Positions 39,974 to 52,463 of a DNA stretch of 64,000 bases are shown here, piece after piece. The stretch covers positions 246,760,001 through 246,824,000 of the forward strand of contig OZ024743.1 in the NCBI GenBank assembly GCA_964016885.1, read 5' to 3'. The stretch comes from Eledone cirrhosa. Its lineage: Eukaryota. A program made the translations under genes and the position numbers. A model generated the notes under the pieces. That model did not search any database and was not told where the DNA came from. It saw only the letters and a list, made by a program, of their open reading frames with translations. Within the stretch, counting starts at the first letter, position 1; each line of letters starts with the position of its first letter.

Positions 39974-40126
39974 TCATGATTTTGTAGATGTCTTCGCTTC
40001 ATTTCGACTTTGGAAGGAGGGGAATTCCGAAAAAAAGTTTGGAATACTATTGCCAAAATATATTTTGCTATTTTTGGATAATGCTTGATATTTCAAGACT
40101 TCCATATACTGGTCAGTTAATTTCAG
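39974..40126 (-). CDS. Erlin: Erlin coding exon 11 ([32 protein letters not shown]...STKS*)
   Basis: TTTGTAG acceptor, phase 0; matches the Erlin C-terminal LKLTPEYL..KY.A...NSKIYFG..IPN motif. Confidence 0.93.
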   Translation of the reverse strand: MKLTDQYMEVLKYQALSKNSKIYFGNSIPNFFSEFPSFQSRNEAKTSTKS

Positions 40127-41644
40127 CTACAAATATCACAAGTAAATAAATAAAATTAAATGAAAAATAATTTTAGATAATCATCATCGTTTTTATTGGC
40201 ATGGGTTGAACAGGACTTTTGGGGGCAATGTTTTACAGTTAGATGCTCTTCTTGTCATCAACCATTTTCGTTGTTTCTTATGACATGCAGGGATATGGTG
40301 TACCTATTCTAAACTGGATATATATACACATGAATAGTGAAATATTACACAATGTCACATTAAGAAGGATTGTTTCACACCAAACTATATACTCTTGGTG
40401 AAATTAGGAGTCAGGTATTGAGTTTATGGATGTGCATTTACATTTCAGTGGTGGGTAGCATTTAGTTTGGATCTATAACATATTTTTCATGCTGGGCCTA
40501 ACAGAAACCACAGCAGAATCCACTCCTTTGTTATCTGTGTGATGGGCAATGTAGAAAGTTCCAATTTTATTCTGAGTCATTTAAAATCTTTTGTTAGTCT
40601 AAAGACATCAATGGTCACCAAGTCCAAAGATGTTAGCAGTAATACACTTTAGTTCCTCTGCCCAGCATCGTGGGAATGTTTCATTGTAGCCTAATGAAAT
40701 CTATGACCTTAGCTGTAATACACTTGAGAAACTTTGTGACCCTGGCCATTGAAATTGCACATTTACCAAGCCACTTGCCATGGTTTCAACCAGATATTGA
40801 TTGAATTTATTCCAATATAAAGAAACCCAAAACGTGTTTTTCCTGTCACACTGCACCCAATTCAATCAACATCATATTTAATTGTTTGAGTTTGTCAGAG
40901 GGGAGGGACATTGCCCATCTCAAAAGGGGAGATGAATGTCTCCAGTCCTTCAAGTGTATCATCATCATAATTTTACATCCATAGATTAAATGAGTTATCA
41001 TTATCCAAGACTAGTCAGTCAAAGAAATACAATTTACTCAAATGTTCCATATTTTGGCATGGTTTCTATGGCTGGATATCCTTCCTAGTGCCAACCACTT
41101 TACAGAGTGTATCTAATTTAGAACAGGTACACCATATCTCAGCATGTTGTAAGAAGTGACTAAAAAGGTTGGTGCCAGTGAAGGCATGCAGCCATAAAAC
41201 ATTAATTACTTCAAGAAGAACCCTATGGTGACTATGAAGCCTGCCATGTGGTTTGCTTAGCTAAACCACTGCTTTAGCAGGGAAAATGGCATTAAAATGT
41301 CTTGTTGAGGGAGGCAATGCTAATGACTTTTGCTGGTTCTTTCAAACTGTGGAAATGACTGTTGTTGATATTTAGTTTGAACAACTATAGGTTGATGTTG
41401 GAAGAGAAGGGAGAAAATTTCAGAAAGTAACAGTTCTGAGGAAGGATCAGACAAAGTGATTAGCGAGGAGTTTTGATGGTTGAGAAGTCAGGGTGAAGGA
41501 GGTTTCAGCTTGCTAGTTCAGAAGAGCAGGCTTTATTTCATCTAGGTGTTGTCAGCCATGTGTTTTGTCCATAATACTGCCATCACATTGAATAGCAGAA
41601 AACTAATTATTGCTGATTTTCACCAACAATTTAACCTACTGAGA

Positions 41645-41950
41645 AGACAAATGGCCAAGTGGTTAGAGTGTTGGGCTCACAATCAAAAGGCCGTCAGTTT
41701 GATTCTAAGATCAAGTTATGTGTTGTGTCTTTGGGCAAAGCACTTAATTTCCTATTGCTTCAGTTGAAAATGCGTTTCATTATTAGCAGCAGCAGCAGCA
41801 GTTGGGAGGGGGAGGGTTAGTCCTATGATGGGCTAGCATCCCATCCAGAAAGGAGTTATGTACACTCACTCACCTAATACTCATGAAACTAGGATAAACT
41901 TTGGGCTTTGTCTGACCTGTGCCAGCATGGAAAAATGGATGTAAAACAAT
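41645..41950 (+). mobile_element. tRNA-derived SINE
   Basis: TGGCCAAGTGGTTAGAG A-box, AGTTTGATTC B-box-like, TTGGGCAAAGCACTTAA core, CCAGCATGGAAAAATGGATGTAAAAC tail. Confidence 0.65.
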
Positions 41951-42025
41951 AACTAACTGATTTAGACAACAGCAAAACTAAAATTTAAATAGATTTTTCA
42001 CACAGAAATATTTCTAAATTCTTAC

Positions 42026-42105
42026 CTTATTAGATTCAGCTTCCTTTAATGCTTTATAATATTCAGCATCTGCCAGAAGTTTTTCTTTGTTTAAATGTGT
42101 AAGAG
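42026..42105 (-). CDS. Erlin: Erlin coding exon 10 (LTHLNKEKLLADAEYYKALKEAESNK)
   Basis: TTTCACAG acceptor, AAG|GTAAGA donor; 80 nt; phases fit the neighbouring exons. Confidence 0.93.
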
Positions 42106-42204
42106 CTGTGAAAGAAAATTCAATAATTGTAAACTGATAGGACCCTAGTAAACCGATTCATGAAGTGAAAACAACTAGGTTTCTTACAAATAAAAAAAAA
42201 AAAC

Positions 42205-43096
42205 ACTGCACTTTCAGAACTCCCACCTCCACAGCTAACAGAAACTATCTACTACTACAGAACCCTCTAGGCATTTGAAGAAGCTAGTATTCAGTAAGCT
42301 CTTGCTACTTACTGCGCCTGTGTATCGACCACATGTAAAACCTACCTTCTTTGCTAGCCTGCCTGAGATCCCATTACATCTCACGTGTACCCATAGTTTG
42401 CATTTGGAACATAAATTGGAATTTCTACCTACTCCTTTCCTGCACACTGAGCAAGGCCATTTTCCTGAGGGAATGTGGGCTCTGTTTTCCTTTCTATATA
42501 CTAGGACTTTGGTCTTTGACAAGTTAACTTTTTATTCTAGGCCATGCTTCCAAATTTGGAATTTCTTCTCTAATTCTGCCATAGATTCAGCTATAAGTCT
42601 TAGATCATCTACATACAGAAGTCCCGATGGGCAGCCAGTCTTAAACTTCTGTTATTGTCTGCAGGACGATAATAAACAGGAGAGGGCTAAGAACTGAGCC
42701 TTGATGAACACCAATCTGTACACTAAATTCTTCACTATAGTCATTGTTAATTCTGACCTTGTGACTGTTCCTCTATACATGGCTTGTACGCCCTCACAAG
42801 CCATTCATCTACTCATAGTTTTCTCAGAGCCCACCAGATAATGAAACGGGGACTGTCAAAAGCATTCTCAACAAATGCTAAGTAGAGGGGTTTACTTTTA
42901 GCTAGGTACTTCTGCAGTTGCCACACAAGGAAGAGGGCATCCGTGGTACCTTTACCTGGTACAAATCCAAACTGCATCTCTTTATAGAAAACTATAAAGA
43001 TATTAAGTTGGTTGACCAGGTTATGAAGGTCACAACTGATTAGGGATCATGTTAACCTTAACGAGATGCAGTTTGGAGTTGTGCCAGGTAAAAGTA
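42205..43096 (-). mobile_element. RTE LINE fragment (RT plus Zn finger), with an inverted RT piece at 42985-43096
   Basis: GKWPCSVCRKGVGRNSNLCSKCKLWVHVRC; GVHQGSVLSPL and YVDDL motifs on the minus strand. Confidence 0.85.
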
Positions 43097-43496
43097 TATA
43101 TATATATATATATATATAGTTCAAGAATAATAAGATGAACATATATACAAAAACACAAAGTCATATTAGTTTCGTGCTTGGGAATGAAGATAAATGAATG
43201 TCTCAATGGTTGTTAGTCCATCAGAAAAGAGCAAAGATTTGAGGGAGAGGAAGTTGGAGAAAAAAAATGTACATATATATGAAGGGCTTTTATACAGTTT
43301 CCTTCTACCAAATTCACTCACAGGGTCAACCTGAGGCTAGAGTAGAAAGTAGAAGACACTCAAGGCATTAATTATGCAGTGAAACAGAACCAAAGACAAC
43401 ATGCTTATGAAGAGAAATTCTTAGCCACACAACCATGCCTGCTTTTACCGAGTGTAAAAAAAAAATGGGTTGATAAACAAGAATGTTGTGACTTAC

Positions 43497-43586
43497 ATTC
43501 TATGGCTGCTATTTTTTGTTCCGATTCTTTTTCCATTATTTTTTGCTCCCAGGTAATTTTTGCAACCATCTGAGATTTTTCAGCCT
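43497..43586 (-). CDS. Erlin: Erlin coding exon 9 (EAEKSQMVAKITWEQKIMEKESEQKIAAIE)
   Basis: TTCATTTAG acceptor, T|GTAAGT donor; 90 nt. Confidence 0.94.
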
Positions 43587-44417
43587 CTAAATGAAAATAA
43601 AATATTAATATACAAAATGGTTCATAAAACTGATACAAATATAATTGATGATGACATAATGGTTCTTTAAAGATGAAAAAGTCCCAGTTTTCATAACCAA
43701 TGCTTATAAAAATGCTTATTAAAATAAATTACTTTCTCTGATTAACATTATAAAAAGCAGGTGATTAGGATGCCCTTCCTAACATCAACTACTTAACAGA
43801 GTGTACTAGGCTGGGTGCATTTTATCATAGCAACAGCATTAGAGAAATTGTCACGTCCTCAAACAGACTAAAGAATCTTTTCTATCCTATGTTGTCTCTG
43901 ATTGTAACCACCTTACAGAGTAACACTAGAGAAGTTGCTTTGCTCCTATATTATGTATCAAGAGAGTCCTCTTCATTGTTCTTTCAATGCAAAACATATA
44001 CAACAACCAAGCCTTTACAAGCCAACATTCCTGCTAAAGCAAAGGTTAACCATGCATGCCCCATACAAGCTTCTCCATCCTACCTCACCAAGCTTTCATT
44101 TCCTCCGCCATCATCTTGGGCCATGTTTTTTTAGTCTCCCCACTTTCTCTACTTCCATCCACATTCATTTCCATCACTCCTCTCACCCAGTCACTTTCAT
44201 TCTTCTTCAACAAATGACTCAATTATTTCATTCCATTTCTCTTTCACATCATTCGTCACTGGTTTTATTTCCATCATGCTCTACAATTCATTGTCTTCCT
44301 TTCTCTCTGTAATACTTCAGTCATCCAACAAAACTTTTTAAATTTCTTTTCCAGTCTTTTCTATTACTCCACATTTATCACCCATGTCTCATGCCATGAA
44401 AATAAAATTATAGTTAC

Positions 44418-44509
44418 CAATAATAGCTTTTTTTCTTTCTGTTTCAGCCTCCTTTTCAACTACCTTTTGTCGTGCTTGAAAAATTAAGAGTTTAGTTTTT
44501 TCCGCTTCC
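44418..44509 (-). CDS. Erlin: Erlin coding exon 8 ([30 protein letters not shown])
   Basis: GTGTTAG acceptor, G|GTAAC donor; 92 nt; diagnostic [15 protein letters not shown]. Confidence 0.95.
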
Positions 44510-45047
44510 CTAACACAAATAAATAAAATATTTCAGATTTACAAATACCATTGATTAAAACGAAGGACCCAAATAAAATTCTAACTACATATTACTGAGT
44601 GAAGACTACATATTAGTCAGTGGGACAGATAGCTTAGTGTTTAGTTAGGGTGTTTGATTTATCATAACCATCATGTCTGCTTCCCATAGTTCGACATCAG
44701 ATGGGTCAGAGCAACCTCATCTTGCTCGTACATTCCATATTTAGCATGATTTCAACTGCTGGATGTCCTTCGTAAGTCAAACCACTTTACAGGGTATACT
44801 GGATGCAATTTTTGTGATACCAGCACTACTCCTTTACAGCATTAGAGGTTGTCACATGCTAGGCCAGAATGAAGAGTCCTCAGAAACCTTATATTGTCTC
44901 CATTCAATTGCAAATCATTGTAGTCTCCTGTCTCTCCCCACATTAACTTTTAGTGTCACAATGCTTGTACTGGTGGACAGGTCTTTTGTATTACAGCACA
45001 TTACCAGTCAACTGAAAGCATTTTAATGGATTGAATAGTTTATTTAC

Positions 45048-45180
45048 ATTGCTTCATAATTGCGTCTGATACTTTCGGGTATTTTTGGTTTGGTTACTCG
45101 AACAGCTTGAACCAAGAGACCTTCAGCAAGTTGATCTAAGTCTTCTTGTAGAGCTCGTTTTAAGTTTTCATCAATTTGAT
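45048..45180 (-). CDS. Erlin: Erlin coding exon 7 ([45 protein letters not shown])
   Basis: TTTCCAG acceptor, AT|GTAAAT donor; 133 nt; diagnostic [10 protein letters not shown]. Confidence 0.95.
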
Positions 45181-45776
45181 CTGGAAATAAACCATCAACA
45201 GAATTCTTTATTCTATATGAGTAACATAAATTAATGATGTTCTGAAATCATTTTAGCAAGATGGTGTTACATGCTTTTATGACTTGTATGTCAAGAAATC
45301 AAATGTATTTTATATTTTATTTTTATGCAATTAGGCCGTTTCAGTTATTTATTTTCAATGTAAACTAAACAGAAATATTTCTAAGGTTTAAAAAACTTTA
45401 GCTATTCAATTTTTGATAAGATATGAAATCTAAAGCTTCTATTAATTAAAAAAAAAAAAGATTTTAGTGCTACAATAAAATACACCCAGTCAGTACATAA
45501 ATTACGCTAGAATGGAACAGATTTAGCAGGAAAAATGGCCTTAAAATGCTGTTGCACCTCTCAAATGACATAAAAACAAGTAAAGAAAACTGCAACCGAA
45601 TGTAGGTGTGGCCTTCAAACTATGTAATTCATTGTTAAACTATCCTCAATAGGACAACTGTTACAGTTTATTACTGTGATAACCTAAACATATAACATTA
45701 ATATATAATTGTAAGATTATTTAGAAATTAAATTTCCCATATGTTGGGGCTTTATTTACAACCAGCCTTAGTTATT

Positions 45777-46800
45777 CATCATCATCATCATCATCATCAT
45801 CAGGTTTAGCGTCCGTGTTCCACGCTTGCATGGGTTTGGACGGGGGTTTTCCCACTTGAGGCAAGAGTGGTTGTCTTGCTCGCATAGGACTGTCTGGCGG
45901 GTTTTCTACAGTTGGATGCCCTTCCTAACACCAACCACATTTACAGTGTGGGGCTGGGAGGTTTTTACCGTGTTGCCTACACGGTCACATTACAGCGTGG
46001 ACTGTCTGGCGGGTTTTCTACAGCTGGATGCCCTTCCTAACACCAACCACATTTACAGTGTGGGGCTGGGAGGTTTTTACCGTGTTGCCTACACGGCCAC
46101 ATTACAGTGTGGACTGTCTGGCGGGTTTTCTACAGATGGATGCCCTTCCTAACACCAACCACATTTACAGTGTGGGGCTGGGAGGTTTTTACCGTGTTGC
46201 CTACACGGCCACATTACAGCGTGGACTGTCTGGCGGGTTTTCTACAGTTGGATGCCCTTCCTAACACCAACCACATTTACAGTGTGGGGCTGGGAGGTTT
46301 TTACCGTGTTGCCTACACGGCCACATTACAGCGTGGGCTGTCTGGCGGGTTTTCTACAGTTGGATGCCCTTCCTAACACCAACCACATTTACAGTGTGGG
46401 GCTGGGAGGTTTTTACCGTGTTGCCTACACGGCCACATTTACAGCGTGGACTGTGTGTTTTTTTGTCGTGACACCTACACGATCTCATTTGTTTCGGCCT
46501 GGATGTTGTGGGACCAACATAACTTTATATTGAAAGGGGCGGTGTGGATGGGGTGGAGGTGGTGGGACGGGGGTGTGTTTTGATAGAGATGCCTACTGAC
46601 TGTAGTAGGTTTTTACTTTGTATTTAGGTAAGGTGGGTCTTCTCTATTACTGAGTACCGCCAAAGGTCTCGGTCCAGTGACATTGTCTTGGAGAGGTGTA
46701 AGCGTGTGAGGTCGGAATTTATCAGCTCGTCCCATGTTTTTCTGGGTCTGCCTACTCCGTGGCTACCGTCTATCTTTATTGCCCTGCACTTTGTTATACA
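45777..46800 (-). mobile_element. 5'-truncated RTE 3' end with (CAT)n tail and an internal tandem amplification
   Basis: Reverse-complement homolog of 37285-37840 (GRPRKTWDELINSDL... plus 3'UTR). Confidence 0.85.
45887..46453. repeat. 112-bp tandem repeat, 5 near-identical copies
   Basis: (A/G)CTGTCTGGCGGG starts at 45889, 46001, 46113, 46225 and 46337. Confidence 0.95.
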
Positions 46801-47555
46801 TCTATAAAATATCCATAGCTTCTTACAATATTATTTACTTATCTATGATACCTGGGCATATATTGCTTGCAATAGACATGTGATTGTGTGTATATATAAT
46901 TATCATACCCTTTTTATGTATTTTTTCCATGCTTGCATGAGTTATATGGGTTGCCATATCAAGAGGCTAGACAGATCAGATGATTGTATCTTGTTCATAT
47001 GTTCCATTTTGGAATGGTCTCCACAACTGGATGCCCTTCTTAATGCCAACCATTTTGCAGCATGTATTGGGTACATTTTATTTTAGCACCATTGCTACCA
47101 CCTGACAGAGTAGGCTGGATGATTTTTATTATGGTATCAGCCCTATTACTTTACAATGTGGGCTGGGTGCACACACACACATATATATATATATATGTTA
47201 GGATTCATGAAGTTTCTGACTACCAAATACACTTACAAGGCATTGGACAGCCAAAATCTATAGTAGAGGACACTTACCCATGCAAGCATGGAAAAGATGT
47301 ATGCAGTAAGATATGTTTATATTTGAAAAAATACACATATATATATTGTGTGATAGTGCTGGTATCACAATAAAATGTAAATTGGTTGGTATCTGGATGG
47401 ACATAGAAATTGTAGAGTCCATGCCAAACTGGAACATATAAGTAAGCTGTGGTCATCTCAACTAGTCTCAGAACATAACATATGCCAGCATAGACCATGG
47501 ACATGTAATGCTGATGATTCATTTCTCAAATATATTAACAGAATAATCAACTTAC

Positions 47556-47681
47556 CAAACAAATCAATATAGACTTCCTGTAAATTATGGACACTGCAGA
47601 ACTGATTAAGCTCATGATGGATCTTATTATAAATAAGGGTTTTGTCATAGTCTGCTGTGTAATTTTTGACAATATCATGGA
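47556..47681 (-). CDS. Erlin: Erlin coding exon 6 ([42 protein letters not shown])
   Basis: CTTTCAG acceptor, G|GTAAGT donor; 126 nt; highly conserved SPFH-domain segment. Confidence 0.96.
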
Positions 47682-47999
47682 CTGAAAGTAAACAAAAAAA
47701 TTTACACATAAAATAATGCCTTCTTTCTTTTAACAACAGCAATGATTTCTAACATAATAATGATTTTTAATTTAGGCACAAGGCCAGCAATTCTATGGGG
47801 AGAGGAAAGTTGATTTCATAAACCCAGTACTTTACTGGTACTTTATTTTATTGACTCTAGGAGTATGAAATGCAAAGTTGACCTCAGTGGGATTTGAACT
47901 TAGAACATAAAGAGCTGGAATAAATATCTGAAGGCATTTTTCTTGATGCTCTAACAGTTCTACCAATCAACTACTTTCATAATAATAATAATTTCTTTA

Positions 48000-48794
48000 T
48001 TTGTTTCGTAAATCTTAAAACAGCATACAACCACATTTTTGGAGATCTGTTGTGGAAGTTTTTGCAAGAGCATGGGCTCGATGGGCATCTTGTTTCTCTA
48101 AAATCTCTACACAAATGCTATAGTATTTGTGTTTGGATAAGTTGAAACCATTCAATGTAGTTGCCAGACTCCACCAAGAGTATCATCTCTCCTGATCACA
48201 ATTATAAACAGGATAGACATGTGCAGCCAGGTTGGAAGTGGTATCAAGACTGGTGGATGGAGGATCAGTTGGCTGGAATTTGCAAACATGGTACTGCTTA
48301 ACTCGTCAGAAGATGATCTCCAACATGCACTTGATAAGTTTGCTGCCGAGTGCTGCACAGCAAGAATGAAAATCAGTGGTGAAGACCGAGACACTCATCC
48401 TCTCAAGGAGGTCAGCGCAGTGTACTCTGCATGTGAGTGGAGTTCTACTGAAGCAGGTGAAGAAGTTCAAGTATCTAGAGGCTGTTTTGGAAGGCAAGAA
48501 CTGCAGGAGCTTGTGCAGTAATGCATCGGCTTCAGCATTCAGTCATTAGAGGAAAGGAGGTAGGTGTAAAAGTCAAACTCACTATCTTCAATTCAGTATT
48601 TATGGTCATGAATCTTGGGTAATGATTGAATGAATACAAGTGACAGAAACGGGGGTTCCTCCAAAGGGTCTTTGGAGTAACGTTACTCAAATGTGAGTGT
48701 AGATCAGAGAGTCACTCCAGGTAGAGATGCTACTTCTCCAAATTGAGAGATCACATACTATAGACATATGGTCAGAATGTCTAAAGAAAGAAAG

Positions 48795-48832
<38 letters not shown>

Positions 48833-49030
48833 GCTGGTCAGATTTTACAGGCAAAACCAAATGGCAGGAGATCCAGAGCAAGATGGTTGGATAACATCCA
48901 TGAGTTTGGCTGGTCTTGCTTGGGGATCCAGCTGCATCAATTGGAGGCAGTTGCTTCTCACAGGACCCACTGGAAAGAGTGCTTCAGGACTCTGCCCCCA
49001 TAACCCTCCCAGGAATAAGTGAGCAAAGAA
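48000..49030 (+). mobile_element. Decayed RTE-clade LINE of a second lineage (Rex3/Expander-like), RT to 3' end
   Basis: GWRISWLEFANMVLLNSSEDDLQHALDKFAAECCTARMKIS resembles the Rex3/Expander RT segment; it lacks the Zn-finger insert. Confidence 0.7.
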
Positions 49031-49707
49031 AACACAAAGATAATTAGGATGATACAAAAACAGGATACATGGGGGTCGAGTTTATACATGGTTCTGTAAA
49101 ATTAAATAAAAGTGTTGGTGATGATGGAAAAATCTCCAATAGAGAGAGAGAGGGGGGGGGGGGGGGGGGCTTTTTGGGGTCTATCAAAACTTGATTCACC
49201 CTGACTACAAAGGGAAACCGCTCACTTTCATTATCTCCCAGTCAGCAGGTGCACACATAGAGTTGGCCCATTCATCACTTTCCCCCACCTTTCAAAAATT
49301 TACTGGATGGTAACACCTCTTTTCATCTTCATTTTCTTTTCCAAGTAAAATTTGAAAAGGTTTAGGGCCTGACCGAAGAGGAATTTGTGTAGTGAGTCCT
49401 TTCAGTCCTATTCCTCACACAACCTCTTTCATCATAGCCAGACTGTATAGTGATAGTGCCACAATAAAATACACCTAGTACACTCTGGTAGTGTTGGTGT
49501 CATGATACACTTAAGTGCTGGTGCCACGATACAATGCACCAGGTGCTGTGAAGTGGGATTGAACTCAGAACCACATGGTTGTGAAAAAAATTCCATAACT
49601 ACATAGCCATGCCTGCACTCAATTTAAATGGTATAGAATATTCAACACCAAGAGATGCTAATGATGATGACACACCCACTATACAATAAACTACTGTAAT
49701 CACATAC

Positions 49708-49769
49708 CTGCTGCTACATCCAGTTTGTTCACAACCTCAATTCGGTCGAAATATATCATTACACCACCA
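49708..49769 (-). CDS. Erlin: Erlin coding exon 5 (GGVMIYFDRIEVVNKLDVAA)
   Basis: TTTCAG acceptor, CAG|GTATGT donor; 62 nt. Confidence 0.96.
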
Positions 49770-49817
49770 CTGAAAGAAATAAGATAAAATATAAGTTATT
49801 TAACTGTATTACTATCA

Positions 49818-51050
49818 TTAGAGAAGAAATTCCACACCTGGAAGAATGGCCTAGAATCAAAAGGTCTTAAAGTCAACTTGGCAAAGACTAAGGTAAGTAG
49901 AAAGGAAAACAGAGCTCAGATCCCCTCAGGGAAATGGCTTTGTTCAGTGTGCAGGAAAGGAGTAGGTAGAAATTCCATTCTATGTTCCAAATGCAAACTA
50001 TGGGTACACACAAGATGTAGTGGGATCTCAGGCAGACTAACAAAGAACATAGGTTTTACATACGGCTGATGCACAGGTGCAGTATGTAGCAAGAGCTTGC
50101 AGTATACTAGCTCCTTCAAATGCCCGGAGGGCTCTGTAGAAGTAGTAGATAGTTTCTGTTACTTGGGTGACCAAATTAGCAGTGGAGGTCGGTGTTCCGA
50201 AATCTCAGTAGCCAGAGAGAGAACAGGTTGGAGAAAGTTCAGGGAGCTACTACTGCTGCTAACTACAAAAAGTTTTTTCCCTCAAAATGAAAGGCAGATT
50301 GTATAATGCATGTATACAAGCAACAATGTTGCATAGTAGTGAGACCTAGGCGCTGTGTGCAGAGGACCTGTGAAAATTGGAAAGAAATTAAGCTTACTTG
50401 CTTCAATGGATGTGTAATAGTAATGTGCATGAACAACAAAGCATCTGTGAACTAAGAGAGAAACTCGGCATAAGAGGGGACAATACAGTATATAGGAGAG
50501 GATATTGTGGTGGTTTGGACATGTGATGTGAATGGAGGCTGACAGTTGTATAAAAAGGTGCACAGCATTCAAAGTCGATGGTAACTATGGAAGTGAAAGA
50601 CCTAGGAAAATTTGGAATGAAGTGTTAAAAGCTAACCTTGCCCAATTAAACCTCATGAAGGAGATGACATAGGATCAAGATCTCTGGTGTCATGCTGTAC
50701 TGCAGAAGACCTGCCCTCCGAAGTGCACAAAATGAAATGAAACAAACATGTAGAGGACACACTAGTCTGCACCAATCCTATCCCTCTTCACTCTCCTCCA
50801 TCTTAATACCCCAATCTCACCTACTAAATGTCTCACACACCTAATCAATGTCGAACTTGCTGTAAGGTTGCGTTAGTTTCACAATAAAAAGCACCCAGTC
50901 CACACCGTAATGTGGTTGGTGTTAGGAAGGCCACCCAGCCATAGAAACCAAGCCAAAATACAGATCTGTATGAGAAAGATGTGGTCTCATAACATGATAA
51001 CCCATCTAACCCATGCAAGTGTGGAAAAAAAAAACATTATATGATGATCA
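49818..51050 (+). mobile_element. 5'-truncated RTE LINE (late RT, Zn finger, C-terminus, 3'UTR, tail)
   Basis: GLKVNLAKTK...GKWLCSVCRKGVGRNSILCSKCKLWVHTRC...VDSFCYLGD...WFGHVM; tail AACCCATGCAAGTGTGG...ATGATGAT. Confidence 0.88.
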
Positions 51051-51527
51051 TCATCATTGCTATATTAGTCTCCTGACAACCCAAGAGCTAATCATCCAAT
51101 TTCAGGAATACAACTAAATCAAAGCTGGAATGAGAGGAAGAAGATTGTGGAAGACTGCTACAATAGTTGAACAATATGAAAACCCCAAACTACTACACTA
51201 GTTTTGATATAATTCATATTCAGACTCACTCTTCCATATTTTAACCCTTTTGTTTCCATATTTCCAATGAGATACATTACCTATATGTTTCCATTTTTTG
51301 AAAAAAAAAAAAAAAATCTGAAGGAATTTAATAAAATAACTTTTTTCATTAGGTTGATGTTAGGAAAATTACTTTTGTTATTAAGTTGATATTAGGAAAA
51401 TTACTTAACAAATAGTTCTTATAAAGAGTTATGTTGAAAGCATTATAAAATGGGTGGTCTTATTTCAGAGATCAGTTTGCTATTGTCAGCATTAAATCCA
51501 CTACCCAAAGATAAAATCATTTACTAC

Positions 51528-51574
51528 CTTGTGCCACACGGAACATTCTTCACTTCGTCAGTCTGTAAGGTTGT
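51528..51574 (-). CDS. Erlin: Erlin coding exon 4 (TTLQTDEVKNVPCGTS)
   Basis: GTTTTAG acceptor, AAG|GTAGTA donor; 47 nt; diagnostic Erlin motif. Confidence 0.96.
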
Positions 51575-52205
51575 CTAAAACCAAATAAAGAAAATAATTT
51601 TGTTAAAGAAAAGGGAAACAAAGTAATTTTTATAGCAAATGACACCGACTTGTAACAACATTTCTTACCGCTCACTAATTAAAGTTTTCAGCACAATATA
51701 CATTTATGAACATGACTATATATGGCTAGTTCTCCAGTGAGTCTCCATTAGATATATTGACCACACAGATGTAATACAGGTCCAATATGTGACAATCCAA
51801 ACATGGAGGAAAAAGCACATTGTTGGATGACTGAATTTGACAATGGTCATAGATTGTCCTTTGATCATTCCATTGTCTGGTATGTCCTGCTTAGGTCTTT
51901 TATATACCATCATACTCTCCTCCACACATTCCAATCTCAGTAAGTTCTTTAAGAAATTTGGCAGGAACTGCACAGGCAATCTGGATGTGCTTCAGTTGGT
52001 CCTTCCAATGCTTCCTAGTACTGCAAGAACCTTCAGTTAACCTACAATAAAGCCCTACCCATTGACAATTGGGACTCATCCATACAGATTGTGCCCAGTC
52101 CAACAAAGAATGACTTTACAATCCTTGCTTTGATGTTAATGTATTGTGCACACCTGAGAATTTCAGTATAACATAGCAAATAAAAACGTACATGCGTGTG
52201 TGTGT

Positions 52206-52258
<53 letters not shown>

Positions 52259-52382
52259 CACCATTGTTTTACCCCACCACTTTCCATGATGGATTAGGTT
52301 TGACAGGTTATGCTCATGGTTTATTAAAACCTCAGGTGAAGAAAAAAGAAAAACGTTAAAAATACATAAAGTGTAATTTTAC

Positions 52383-52463
52383 CTGAACAGAACGGAATGA
52401 AGTAATGAAAGGTAACATGAAGTGGTAGCCAGGGTTACTTGTAGAACACAATAAGGCTCCTCC
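52383..52463 (-). CDS. Erlin: Erlin coding exon 3 ([27 protein letters not shown])
   Basis: TGTTTAG acceptor, CAG|GTAAAA donor; 81 nt, phase 0-0. Confidence 0.96.

Noticed and set aside
45826-46533. Overlapping repetitive ORFs (MPFLTPTTFTVWG...)
   Set aside because: They come from a 112-bp repeat (not a multiple of 3) in a retroposon 3'UTR, antisense to Erlin.
48768-49022. Poly-Lys / poly-Phe ORFs, and the YIYI ORFs elsewhere
   Set aside because: They are translations of poly(A) and (TA)n microsatellites.
51700-52130. Possible C-terminal restriction-like endonuclease remnant of an R4/NeSL-type LINE
   Set aside because: Only a faint resemblance (GNLDVLQL...START); too decayed to call without a search.
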